64,000 nucleotides of DNA, taken from Eledone cirrhosa (lineage: Eukaryota). The DNA is taken from the NCBI GenBank assembly GCA_964016885.1, contig OZ024752.1:7812001-7876000 (forward strand), in the 5' to 3' direction. Below are positions 1-18,733 of this stretch, one piece after another. A program made the position numbers and the translations under genes. Each line of letters opens with the position of its first letter. The first letter of the stretch is position 1. The notes beneath the pieces were generated by a model that worked only from the letters and a program-made list of their open reading frames with translations, searched no databases and was not told the origin of the DNA.

Positions 1-134
1 TATATATATATGTGTGTGTATACATCTACATTTATACAAACATGATATAATATATATCACATACACACACACATATATATATGACATAATATAATATATA
101 TATCACGTACACAGACATATATATGTATATACAC

Positions 135-169
<35 letters not shown>

Positions 170-492
170 ATATACTAATAATAATAATAGTAAAGAGGAC
201 GAAATGTTAGATCTTCATTATATTTATTGAGGTTTGACGTGTGTTTTGCGATTGATCAGCTCAAAGCTTGATCTGTATTGATCTGGCCCGACTCTGGAAT
301 CAAAAGCTTGTCCAACTTCTGTTTTATATATATATATATATATAACAAAGAATCAGTGTTGTATCATATACATATTTAATTACACATTACATATGTTTCA
401 CTGCCGATCAGCTCAAGGAACGATCGATTAATGAATGAACCTGACTCTGGAATCGGAAGCTCCTCAGATATGTGTTAACATGTAGATTAGCG

Positions 493-534
<42 letters not shown>

Positions 535-898
535 GTGTTTTAAGTAGAAATACAGCCAATATAATTCTATACCAAAACATTTGTTAAACCAGGAGTTAAC
601 AATAATCTGACATTTATTGCTAAAAATACATCTTTTATTTTTTTTTCTCACTTTTTCTTATTTCAATGAATTTTAATTGTTCATGTCTTTTTTTTTTGTT
701 AATGATTCGATGCTTTTTGGTGTTTTTTTTTTGTTCTTGTGCAACAGTTTGGAACATACACACATACACCCACATGCATATACACCATATATATATATAT
801 ACACACACACACCCACATGCATATACACCATATATATATACACACACACCACACCGAGCTAAAGTAAATTACTGTAATAGGCCAATGTTATTTAGTTA

Positions 899-1089
899 AG
901 GGCGCTGGATTGGCAGTATCGATAGAGAGTCGGACACCATGCTTTGCAGCATAGAGTTGCGGCCCTTTATGATGAGTTTAAATCCCGCTGAGGTTAACTT
1001 TGCCTTTCATCCTTATGGGGTTGATAAAATAAAGTACCAGTAATGTACTGGGATAATTGCTGGCCTTGTGCCTAACGTAGAAACAATTA
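899..1089 (+). mobile_element. tRNA-derived SINE
   Basis: A/B-box-like head (ggattggcagtatcgatagag...gagtttaaatccc) plus the conserved core gttaactttgcctttcatcctt..ggggt.gataaaataaagtaccagt, which recurs many times in the window. Confidence 0.85.
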
Positions 1090-1379
1090 TGCAGGTATGT
1101 TGTGTTCAATGATGTAAGTAGAAATATATAAAAATTTGCCAAATAAAAACGAAACCTCAATAGTAATTGTTAATGACTCCAAGAAAAGGGACAACTATGG
1201 GTATATTCCAGTCTATTAGACCTCATCAGCTCACTATCTCTATATTATATTATAAAATTATATTTCAGCTCCCTTTCATTGTGATTCCTTTAACCATTTT
1301 GTATTTCAATTAATTAATGAATAATTTTAAGAGATTTACTAAAATTATTAATTATTGTATTACTAAAATAGTAACTTAA

Positions 1380-1597
1380 CCCTTTAGCATTTAAACCAGC
1401 CATATCTGACCAGAATTCTCTCACCTCTTTCTGTTCAACCACCCATATCCGACCACTGATATTTAAGTTAAGGTATTGCACTCAAAATAAATAACATAAA
1501 AATCTCAGATTTGATATTATGTGAGATAATTATGTGAGGTAAAACCTTTACCATAAAAATATAATATTAAATATAGAATAATGTAAATGTTAAAGGG
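1380..1597. mobile_element. piggyBac-like MITE (TTAA TSD)
   Basis: TTAA|CCCTTTAGCATTTA ... TAAATGTTAAAGGG|TTAA. Confidence 0.8.
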
Positions 1598-2057
1598 TTA
1601 AATATATGGTTTTCATGTAAAATTATGCTGTAAGATTTTAAATTTGAATAAGAAACTTTTAAAATATGTGACTTTGTTTCATAGAAGTAAAGGTGGTTTG
1701 GGGGATAAGAGGCTATCAAAAGGGTTAACTGACATTCACACGAGTCACTCACATATTTTCTGTTTATTTTAACCTTTAGCACTCTAGAAACTTTTATGGA
1801 TTGCCTCCCTTGATGCTGTATTATGTATTAAGGGGAGGTTACTCCAGAAGGTTAAAGGGAAAGTGTTTCTTACGGCTTATGGTTCTGTTGTTGTGACTAA
1901 CTCAAACAAGGAGGGACCCGACCTGCCTGTGCCTTCTCAATATCTTATGTAATCTAAATTCCTTTTCAATATTCTCTTGGCTACCTTTCATATTTATTCC
2001 CCCTTTTTCCCTTCAGGTGTCTTTATTTCAATTTAAATATTATTATTATATATATAA

Positions 2058-2280
2058 AGGGCGGTGGATTGGCAGAAATCGGTTGAGCGTCGGACAACAT
2101 GCTTCGCGGCATAGAGTTGCAGCCCTTTACATTCTGATTTCAAATCCCACCAAGGTTAGCTTTGCTTTTCATCCTTAGGGGCTCAATAAAATAAAGTACC
2201 AGTAATATATTGAGGTGAATTTAATCAACTTTCTGCTCCCCCCCTCCCCAAATTGCTGGCCTTGTGCCTAAATCAAAAAT
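2058..2280 (+). mobile_element. tRNA-derived SINE (same family)
   Basis: Same head and core as 899-1089. Confidence 0.85.
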
Positions 2281-2295
2281 AATGAATACACACAC

Positions 2296-2348
<53 letters not shown>

Positions 2349-2390
2349 CATAGGGTGTGGCAAAATGATCTGACACATTTATTCTATATT

Positions 2391-2950
2391 TGACCAGTAG
2401 CCCCAGGTTAGCCCTGATTGACCAGTAGCCTCAGGTTAGCCCTGATTTACCAGTAACCTCAGGTTAGCCCTGATTTACCAGTAACCTCAGGTTAGCCCTG
2501 ATTGACCAGTAGCCCCAGGTTAGTCCTGATTGACCAGTAGCCACAGGTTAGCCCTGATTGACCAGTAATCTCAGGTTAGCCCTGATTGACCAGTAATCTC
2601 AGGTTAGCCCTGATTGACCAGTAATCTCAGGTTAGCCCTGATTGACCAGTAACCTCAGGTTAGCCCTGATTGACCAGTAGCCCCAGGTTAGTCCTGATTG
2701 ACCAGTAGCCACAGGTTAGCCCTGATTGACCAGTAGCCACAGGTTAGCCCTGATTGACCAGTAGCCCCAGGTTAGTCCTGATTGACCAGTAGCCACAGGT
2801 TAGCCCTGATTGACCAGTAATCTCAGGTTAGCCCTGATTGACCAGTAATCTCAGGTTAGCCCTGATTGACCAGTAGCCTCAGGTTAGGCCTGATTGAGCA
2901 GTAGCCCCAGGCTAGCCCTGATTGACCAGTAATCTCAGGTTAGCCCTGAT
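2391..2950. repeat. 28-bp minisatellite
   Basis: (ccagtagccccaggttagccctgattga)n, about 20 copies. Confidence 0.95.
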
Positions 2951-3416
2951 TTAGCTGATCTATGATCAGTGGCAGTCCAATGTTCTGTCTTCTTTTCCAA
3001 TGTATTCAGCATTGCCATACCCTAGGGGCCTCTCCATATCTAAGAATGAAGTGTGTGGTTTAAAGGTGATTTAGCTCCTATTTCTAGCAGGTTGAGTGGC
3101 TGTCATTCTCATTGTCTCTTGTGACTATAATGAGATGTTGTAGTACTTGTAGTAGAAGTAGTAGTAACATAGCAACAATAGTGATAAAAGTAATAAAGTC
3201 AATTATTGCTGGCATTGTATACCTTGTCATTGCCAAAAACTGGGTCTTTGGATTAATTTGTACCAAATTTCTGGTAGATAATGTCTGTTGAAGTCAGGCG
3301 GAGATAAATTCAAACAATAACCACCCCAGCAGGGGATCAATACCATTTCTGCCCATTCCACAAGAAAAAATATTTTGGACACGTGTCAGTTTAGTCAAAG
3401 TAGAAATGTTTCTAAG

Positions 3417-4680
3417 ATATATCTAGTGGTCATTGAAAGTTATATCTAGGGGTCATTGAAAGATATATCTAGGGGTCATTGAAAGTTATATCTAGTGGTC
3501 ATTGAAAGTTATATCTAGTGGTCATTGAAAGTTATATCTAGTGGTCATTGAAAGTTATATCTAGTGGTCATTGAAAGTTATATCTAGTGGTCATTGAAAG
3601 TTATATCTAGGGGTCATTGAAAGTTATATCTAGGGGTCATTGAAAGTTATATCTAGTGGTCATTGAAAGATATATCTAGTGGTCATTGAAAGATATATCT
3701 AGTGGTCATTGAAAGTTATATCTAGGGGTCATCGAAAGATATATCTAGGGGTCATCGAAAGTTATATCTAGTGGTCATTGAAAGTTATATCTAGTGGTCA
3801 TTGAAAGTTATATCTAGTGGTCATTGAAAGATATATCTAGGGGTCATTGAAAGATATATCTAGTGGTCATTGAAAGATATATCTAGGGGTCATTGAAAGA
3901 TATATCTAGTGGTCATTGAAAGATATATCTAGGGGTCATTGAAAGTTATATCTAGTGGTCATTGAAAGTTATATCTAGTGGTCATTGAAAGATATATCTA
4001 GGGGTCATTGAAAGATATATCTAGGGGTCATTGAAAGATATATCCAGTGGTCATTGAAAGATATATCCAGTGGTCATTGAAAGTTATATCTAGGGGTCAT
4101 TGAAAGATATATCTAGGGGTCATTGAAAGTTATATCTAGGGGTCATTGAAAGATATATCCAGTGGTCATTGAAAGTTATATCTAGGGGTCATTGAAAGAT
4201 ATATCTAGGGGTCATTGAAAGATATATCCAGTGGTCATTGAAAGATATATCTAGTGACCAGAGAAAGAAATATCCAGTGGTCATTGAAAGATATATCTAG
4301 TGACCAGAGAAAGATATATCCAGTGATCATTGAAAGATATATCCAGTGGTCATTGAAAGTTATATCCAGTGGTCATTGAAAGATATATCTAGTGACCAGA
4401 GAAAGATATATCCAGTGGTCATTGAAAGATATATCTAGTGGTCATTGAAAGATATATCTAGTGACCAGAGAAAGATATATCCAGTGGTCATTGAAAGATA
4501 TATCTAGTGGTCATTGAAAGATATATCTAGTGATCAGAGAAAGATATATCCAGTGGTCATTGAAAGATATATCTAGTGGTCATTGAAAGATATATCTAGT
4601 GACCAGAGAAAGATATATCCAGTGGTCATTGAAAGATATATCTAGTGACCAGAGAAAGATATATCCAGTGGTCATTGAAA
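3417..4680. repeat. 23-bp minisatellite
   Basis: (atatctagtggtcattgaaag[ta]t)n. Confidence 0.95.
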
Positions 4681-4721
4681 GCCTGTATTTGTTATTTATT
4701 TTTTCTTGTTTATTTATATAG

Positions 4722-4832
4722 TCTATTTACGAATAATAATAATAATCCAATGGAGCCATTCTGTGGTCCACTTACAGACAACTGTTACTATAACACAGTA
4801 TTAAAGTGTAGCTCCATATCTCAGCATTGCCT
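4722..4832 (+). CDS. Candidate exon a of an unidentified gene (MEPFCGPLTDNCYYNTVLKCSSISQHCL)
   Basis: Pyrimidine-rich acceptor ...tttatatag, open frame with ATG at 4750, donor CT|gtatgt; unique sequence between repeats. Confidence 0.35.
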
Positions 4833-5294
4833 GTATGTATGTGTAATGTGTTACTTTAACCCTTTTAGCCCTCTTCTGACCCTTTTCACCCTATAAACCT
4901 AGAATATTATAGATTTCTCGTGAAACACCATAGAAGAATTTCACGTTTAATTTGATATTTCGGCCATCTTGTGTTTTTGGCTACATTATCAAGTCTGATA
5001 TAATAGGCCTGACAATTTAGACATGTCCAATAGTCCTATGTCTTCATATATTAACCATTATAGTGTTATCAAGTCTGACAGTTTAAACATGTCCAACACA
5101 TTATAAGTAATAACTTAATGAAATATATACAAAATAGAAAACAACATTGACTCTGCTAGGTCCATGTCCTTCATTGTGTTTTGTGTTTTTTTTTTATTTC
5201 GTATTTTTTTTTTACCATCACCCACCTCCCATCTACCCCTGAAAATTACTAACTACTGAATATATATTAATTGTATTATGTTATATTATATTAA

Positions 5295-5564
5295 CCCTTT
5301 AGCATTTAAACCGACCATATCTGGCCAGAATTCTCTCACCTCTTTCTGTTCAAACTGGCCATATCTGGCCAGAATTCTTTCACCTCTTTCTGTTCAAACT
5401 GGCTGTATCTGGCCAGAATTCTCTCACCTCTTTCTGTTCATACTGATGTTAAGGTATTGTTCTCAAAATAAATATCAAAATCTCATAGATTCGATATTAT
5501 GTGAGGTAAAGCCTTTACTGTGAAAATACAATAGTATATATAGAGTAATGTAAATGCTAAAGGG
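5295..5564. mobile_element. piggyBac-like MITE (TTAA TSD)
   Basis: Perfect 14-bp TIRs CCCTTTAGCATTTA / TAAATGCTAAAGGG flanked by TTAA. Confidence 0.85.
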
Positions 5565-5749
5565 TTAAATGTATTATATTTATTTAATTTATCTCAAGAC
5601 AAAATGAAATGTTATATAAAACTACACCTGTATAAATGAAATTTGAATATATTCCTCTAAAACAAGATGGTTGTGTATACCTGTCTGATTATTTAAGACA
5701 GACTTTTAATGAATTACAAAATATTTATTTGGGGGCAGGGGAAGACATA

Positions 5750-6465
5750 CGCATGCACACGTAGTCTCATACAAACACACGCATACTCTCTTACACATGC
5801 ACACACATAGTCATACAAACACACACATACTCTCTCACACATGCACACAGTCATACAAACACACACATACTCTCTCGCATGCAAATACACACAATTTCTT
5901 TCACATACATGCACACATATAGTCTCGTACAAACACATGCTCAAACTCTGTCATATACACACACACACACACTCTTTCACACATATACACACACACTTTC
6001 ACACATATACAAACACACATACTATTTCACACATACATATACATATACTCTCACACACACACACACTCTCTCTCTCCCACACTCTCACTCTCTCCCTCCC
6101 ACACTCTCCACACTCCCCAACTCTCTCCCACACTCCCCAACTCTCTCCCTCCCACTCTCTCCCTCCCACTCTCTCCCACACTCTCCCACCCACACTCTCC
6201 CACACTCTCCCTCCCACTCTCTCCCACACTCTCCCTCCAACACTCTCCCACTCTCTCTCCAACACTCTCCCACCAACACTCTCCCACACTCCCCAACTCT
6301 CTCCCACACTCCCCAACTCTCCCACACTCCCCACTCTCCCACACTCCCCAACTCTCTCCCACACTCCCCAACTCTCTCCCACACTCCCCATTCTCTCCCA
6401 CACTCCCCATTCTCTCCCACACTCCCCATTCTCTCCCACACTCCCCTACTCTCCCAATCGCCCAC
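5750..6465. repeat. CA-rich then C-rich low-complexity repeat
   Basis: (ca)n degenerate, then (ctctcccacactcccc)n. Confidence 0.9.
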
Positions 6466-6579
6466 ACTATCAAAGAAGACAACACTATCACAGTAAAGCA
6501 ACCATTAACCAAAACACTGAAATTATTCCACAACCAATAGTCTGATATAGTTTCAAGATCGGTGATTCACATAAATTTA

Positions 6580-12780
<6,201 letters not shown>

Positions 12781-12784
12781 ATAG

Positions 12785-12812
12785 AATATCAGCATGATCT
12801 CACTGCTGTGCG
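12785..12812 (+). CDS. Candidate micro-exon c (EYQHDLTAVR)
   Basis: First non-TA sequence after a 6 kb (TA) array: tag|AA TAT CAG...GTG CG|gtaaat. Confidence 0.3.
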
Positions 12813-13496
12813 GTAAATCCTTCACTGAACAACAAACAATGTAGAAGAGATAATAATGGTGTTTTTGTTTTCTTTTTTTTCTCCCCTTTTTTTTGTTTAA
12901 TTTATTAATGTTCTTTGATCGATCATTCATCCCAGTTTCTTTTCTCAGGCTTAAAAGGTGGACCTGTGTTCATTCCATGCCCCGAACGCTAAAAAATAAC
13001 TATAAATACAATTATTAGGTCAATAAGCCTTCCTCCACCCTTTCTTTTCAATTTTTGTTAAGGTGTCCTAGAAGGTACCACACAAGGTACCACACCCCAA
13101 CAGACTGCACCATTTTTCTTCCCTGATGGTTTAGTCTAAGAAATGAATCAAAGAGACAGTAAATGTTTAGTTTAAATTCTTTTTTTTTTTCCTAATTAAA
13201 TAATTAATAAATTCTCTTGAAGTCTGAAATATTAATGGAACAAGTAATGAGAAACTATTAAAAATAAATTTGCTGTCCATTAAAAAAACATTTTTCAAAA
13301 AAAAACACTGTTCATGTGGTTCATTGGATGTTTGTTCTGACAACCTCATATTTATAGATACAAGTGGACTTTGTTATGTTTCGTGTGCAGTTTAAATAAA
13401 TTATAATTTTTATGACTAAAAAAAACAACCTACTTTGTCTCAATTTCTCGTTGTTTTTAATTCCTTGGTAAATTTATAGAAAACTACCCCCTAGGG

Positions 13497-14171
13497 CAGC
13501 AATTGCCAACCAGTGATCTGCAGACTATTGGTGGTCCGCCAACCACTGGTGGCCCACAGAACACTGGTGGATTGCAGACTATTGGTGGTCCACAGACCAC
13601 TGGTGGATTGCAGACTATTGGTGGTCAGCCAACCACTGGTGGATTGCAGACTATTGGTGGTCAGCCAACCACTGGTGGATTGCAGACTATTGGTGGTCAG
13701 CCAACCACTGGTGGATTGCAGACTATTGATGGTCAGCCAACCACTGGTGGCCCACAGACCACTGGTGGATTGCAGACTATTGGTGGTCAGCCAACCACTG
13801 GTGGCCCACAGACCACTGGTGGATTGCAGACTATTGGTGGTCAGCCAACCACTGGTGGCCCACAGACCACTGGTGGATTGCAGACTATTGGTGGTCAGCC
13901 AACCACTGGTGGCCCACAGACCACTGGTGAATTGCAGACTATTGGTGGTCAGCCAACCACTGGTGGCCCACAGACCACTGGTGAATTGCAGACTATTGGT
14001 GGTCAGCCAACCACTGGTGGCCCACAGACCACTGGTGAATTGCAGACTATTGGTGGTCCGCAGAAAAATTTTAATGTTCGTATCTTTATAAAAAAATTCA
14101 TATTAGTGGTCAACTGGATTTAAAATTATGAATTTAGTGGTCCGTGAGGTCCAAAAGGTTGCTGACCGCTG
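13497..14171. mobile_element. Non-autonomous hAT element with internal minisatellite
   Basis: 8-bp TSD CCCTAGGG on both sides (13489-13496, 14172-14179); imperfect CAG...CTG TIRs; 33/18-bp internal repeats at 13517-14060. Confidence 0.8.
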
Positions 14172-15359
14172 CCCTAGGGTTCACTAAGAAATCTGTTTTT
14201 CTAGGGTTCTTTTCATGTATTTTCAACTGATCTGACTGCCGACTTTCTCACAATCAACCTTTTTTTTCTGTAACTGGAATAATGTCTTTCCCGTTTCAAA
14301 GAGAAATGTTGATTGTGAGCATGTCAGAGGTCAGATTAGTTTAAAATACAAGAAAAAAAAAACTTCTTAGCAAACCCCAACAGATGTTTTTCTACAAATT
14401 TACCAATTCTTTTTACAGCCATTTTCTCATGCTTGTATTCTTTTACTGGTTTCAGTAGACAGATGCTGGCCATGCTGGAGCATGCTTGGCTGCATTAATG
14501 TGAATAATTGTTAAGATGCCCTAAGGACATTCTGGATGTCCACACAGTGGTCAGTTGATAAGAAAGATGATGCTATCAGTAGTTGATAAGAAAGATGATG
14601 CTATCAGTACTCCAGCCATGCAATGGGGTGTTGTACCACATTCTGGATGTCCACACAGTGGTCAGTTGATAACGGAGAAGATGTTGTCAGTACTGAAACC
14701 ATGCAAAGAAAGGTGATAGAGAGAGAGTGGTGTCTTCCCATGTAGACGATCAACTTGGACATGAATTGAGGGTGTAGGAAGTGACCTATCGATCAAAGAT
14801 GTGACAGGGTGTAGTGATGTGACAGGGTGTCACATATATCTGAAAAGCAGGTGCTCCAGCATGGCTGTAGTCCAATGACTGAAACAAATAAAAACACTAC
14901 AGAATCGTAGATGGTTTGAGAGGAATCAACTGACCTCATTTACTTCCCAAGTGAGGCGGAGCTCATCAAATCAGACCAAGGTGACAATGTTTCCATTGGT
15001 CTTTCCATTGCTGATACTATTTAGTGATTGCAACATGAAATAAAGTGACTTGCTCAAGGACATAACACATCACCCAGTTCAGGATTTGACCTTGGAACCT
15101 CACAATTGCAAATACAATTCTCTAACCACTAAGTGTATTGGATAATCATCTGAAAAGATTGTAGTTTATACTGTCACAAGAAGTATGCAGCCATCATCAT
15201 CATCATCATCATGTAGTAATTACAGCCAAGAAGGCAGTCTTCAGAAATTGAATTTACCAATTATAGATTTCTTTGATTATGGAATATATCATGTAAATAA
15301 AGTTTAACCCTTTATTTAAACCGGCCGTGTCCGGCCAGAATTTTCTCACCTCTTTCAGT

Positions 15360-16065
15360 ATGTGATTTCCATGTGTCTAACATACGTGGACATGCCTGAA
15401 TCACGTGGAGTTGCTGAATCAGTTGTTAGCTGCCGAGAGACAGCATCCTTTAAAACCTCCATGGAACGAACTACCAGCATCAGTTGTTAGCTGCCGAGAC
15501 ACAGCATCCTTTAAAACCTCCATGGAACGAACTACCAGCATCAGTTGTTAGCTGTCGAGACACTACATCCTTTAAAACCTCCATGGAACGAACTACCAGC
15601 ATCAGTTGTTAGCTGTCGAGACACATCCTTTAAAACTTCCATGGAACGAACTACCAGCATCAGTTGTTAGCAGCCGAGACACAGCATCCTTTAAAACTTC
15701 CATGGAACAAACTACCTGCATCAGTTGTTAGCTGCCGAGACACTACATCCTTTAAAACCTCCATGGAACAAACTACCTGCATCAGTTGTTAGCTGCCGAG
15801 ACACTACATCCTTTAAAACCTCCATGGAACAAACTACCAGCATCAGTTGTTAGCTGCCGAGACACTACATCCTTTAAAACCTCCATGCTTCCTGAAATTC
15901 ACCAACACTAGACCTGATATTCCCCCTCCATACACATGCACACATGTATATTATGACTCGTATACTGTTCACTTTCCTGACATTTGTACATTATTCTATG
16001 CACTATACATGCACTTTTGATAAGTTGTAGTGCACCTGAGCACTACACAATAATTTCATTGTTGT
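15360..16065 (+). mobile_element. CR1 3' fragment with internal 61-bp minisatellite
   Basis: Aligns by eye to 29625-29975. Confidence 0.85.
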
Positions 16066-16083
16066 TACTATATATTTTTACAG

Positions 16084-16158
16084 TTGGTATACACCTATTT
16101 ACGGTGGAGCAGATAATGTTGATAGAACTCAATACAGTGTCGTGACGGCTTCATCAAG
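16084..16158 (+). CDS. Candidate exon e (WYTPIYGGADNVDRTQYSVVTASS)
   Basis: Strong tttttacag acceptor and AAG|gtaatg donor; 75 nt, open, phase 2-2. Confidence 0.45.
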
Positions 16159-16331
16159 GTAATGCTTTCAGTACTGGAGTATTTTTAGTAGGCACCGGTC
16201 GGAAATGTATCTTTGCAGAATGTACCAGGCTGCGGAGTCAACAAAATATGTCTATTTTGAACAATAAAACTAAAACTAAAGTCAGATGACTTGTTTTATT
16301 TTCATTGTTCAAAATTCACAAATATTATATC

Positions 16332-16445
16332 AGCATCATCACCATCACCACCACCATCACCACCACCACCACCACCATCATCACCATCACCCCCACCATC
16401 ATCATCGTCACCACCACCACCACCACCACCACCACCACCATCATT
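16332..16445. repeat. (CAC/CAT)n microsatellite
   Basis: Direct reading. Confidence 0.95.
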
Positions 16446-16504
16446 ATATTATATTATTTATTTATGTTCAAACATGAAACAAAAGTGATAGCTAATGTTT
16501 CAAG

Positions 16505-16525
16505 GTACAACCCTGACCATAGATG
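16505..16525 (+). CDS. Candidate micro-exon f (RYNPDHR)
   Basis: gctaatgtttcaag acceptor, TG|gtaaac donor; 21 nt, in phase with exon e. Confidence 0.35.
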
Positions 16526-16641
16526 GTAAACTGACCTACAATATAATATATCAGTTGTTTTATACCAAACTGAGCTGTGTTTGCCTCCTTTTTAACATCC
16601 ATCACTTGTTTTACTACATATACATATATATATACATACAC

Positions 16642-16676
<35 letters not shown>

Positions 16677-16729
16677 TATACATATATATATATACACACA
16701 CATATATATATATATATCATCATTTCATT

Positions 16730-16980
16730 TCATTTCATTTTACGTCCGCTTTTTCGCTGCTTGCAAGGGTGGGACGGGAACTGATGCTGGCTTGATTTCT
16801 ACAGCTGGATGCCCTTCCTAACAGCAACCTCATTTACAGTGAGTGCTGGGTGCTTTTTTGCCGTTGCACCTCCACGACCACTTTGCAGTGGAATGATATG
16901 GACCCCAGTCCCTATCATCTCATTTCTACAGCTGAGTAAACTGGAGCAATGTGAAATAAAGTGTCTTGCTCAAGGATACA
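16730..16980. mobile_element. SINE-like element with RTE tail
   Basis: gatttctacagctggatgcccttcctaac core; related copies at about 52100-52200 and 53805-53972. Confidence 0.7.
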
Positions 16981-17399
16981 TATAGTACATACATATACAT
17001 ATACCACATACATATACTAGGAAAGGCTTTGCACGGAGCCAATCCCACTCTCTGAACATTGAATGCATTTGCCCCAAAAGAAGAACTGGTCTACATGACT
17101 GGATGCAAGCGAAGTCGCAGGTTTTATATCAGAGTGACCTTCTCCTAGAGAGATGTCTTAATAAAGATTAGGGGTCTCTCGCTAAAACAAACTTGATTCT
17201 CCTGATTCCTCTGCCCTTTGACGGGTTTTGTTTTTCATCCTGCAGGGTGTCCAAAATCACCCTCCTCACTAAGCAAGCTTGATGGGGTTGACGGTTTAGT
17301 CGCCGATGACCTGACGATGTACAGGTTGTAATGGGTTACATGTTACCAGTAGTGCTGAAGATCAACCTGATATATACTTTCATATATACATACATACAT

Positions 17400-17915
17400 G
17401 ATGGCTGCAAACTCTGCTAAGAGCATTGCAATCGCTTGTCAGATTCAGATGTGGGACGATCGGATATGGCTTTTCAAGCCTGCTAAAGACTTGCACTCCT
17501 TCGCACATTGACGACAACTATGGATCTCCCTGGCCTCAGGTCTTGCATCAGGTTGCCTGTGGACCTTCACAACACTGTGGAGATCATAGTTCACTGGTTC
17601 TCTTTGAACATGGCTGCGACTGTGGCTCCTGAGATCAGATTTACTCAAGCAAATTTTTCCACACTCGGCACACCAATTCAATGGAGACACCGATCGTTTC
17701 GAGAGATACACCAGGGCATTGCTTACGCACATCCCATTTGATCTTCTCGTGCTCTATGCGTCTGTCCTCAAAATTATGGACCGTGTCATTCACCATTCCA
17801 CGCCAAGTTTCTCTTTCAAGAGCTTCTATCTCCGAGTCAGCCTCCATCAAACCAGTATTTTTCAATGAGTCCTTTACACAATCTTTGAATCGGAGCTTTG
17901 GTTTGTGAGGTGGTC
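17400..17915 (-). mobile_element. RTE-X-like LINE 3' fragment with C2H2 zinc fingers
   Basis: PKLRFKDCVKDSLK...ALERETWR, plus CAECGKICLSKSDLRSHSRSH and CRQCAKECKSLAGLKSHIRSSH. Confidence 0.75.
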
Positions 17916-17974
17916 TCATACATACATACATACATTCACACACACACATATATATATGTATATAGAATGCACAC

Positions 17975-18733
17975 AATGCAGATCCTGCATGTAGTGGGAT
18001 AGCAAGCAAACTAACAGGTAGGGAGAAATACGTATGCAGTAGATGTACAGGGAAATTAGACAGTAGAAGTCGCATTGATAGACACATTTTTCAAATGTAG
18101 GCGGGTGCTATAGAAGTGGTAGATAGCTTCCAGTACCTAGGAGATCAGATTAGCATGGGAGGGGGGGGGGGAGGTTTCCGAGGCCATAGTATCTAGAATA
18201 AGGACAGGTTGGAAGAAGTTTAGGGAGCTGCTGACGAAGAAGGGTTTCTCCCTGCGTACGAAAGGCCGGTTATATGAGGCCTGTGTGAGGAGCACGATGC
18301 TGCATGGTAGTGAGACTTGGGCAGCAACTGAAGAGGATATGCAACGGCTGGAGAGAAATGAGGCAAGCATGCTCCGTTGGATGTGCAATGTCAATGTGCA
18401 TGAACGACCTAGCATGGATGTGTTGAGAGAGAAACTGTCTGAGAGGGATAGAATGTAGTGTGCGAGAGAGGACACCGAGGTGGTATGGACATGTGATGCG
18501 CATGAAGGATGACTGCTGGGTGAAGAAGTGCCAGGAAATGCCAGTTGAAGGAAGATGTGGTAGAGGTAGATCACGAAAAACATGGGCGGAGGTGGTGAGA
18601 ACAGACTTCAGATCGCTGAAGCTGATGGAGGAGATGACGAAGGACCGTGACAAGTGGGGAGATGCTGTGCTGAATAAGACCCGTCCCACCCTTGCAAGCA
18701 GGGAAAAGCGGACGTAAAATGATGATGATGATG
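17975..18733 (+). mobile_element. RTE LINE 3' fragment
   Basis: MLHGSETW, RWYGHVMRM and GRSRKTW motifs; (GAT)n tail. Confidence 0.9.

Noticed and set aside
899-990. tRNA gene
   Set aside because: The A/B-box-like head belongs to a multi-copy SINE; no cloverleaf.
1848-1953. Possible exon KVFLTAYGSVVVTNSNKEGPDLPVPSQYL
   Set aside because: No credible acceptor, since the upstream sequence is a repeat end; weak donor; no recognisable homology.
13503-14123. Mucin-like Gly/Thr ORF
   Set aside because: Lies within a hAT MITE with TSDs; non-ATG start.
15417-15886. CRISPR-like regular array (also considered for 2391, 41178 and 62184)
   Set aside because: Head-to-tail units with no unique spacers; eukaryotic context; no cas genes.
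17445-17732. Host C2H2 zinc-finger gene
   Set aside because: Contiguous with an RTE-X-like C-terminal region and frameshifted; better explained as a LINE fragment.
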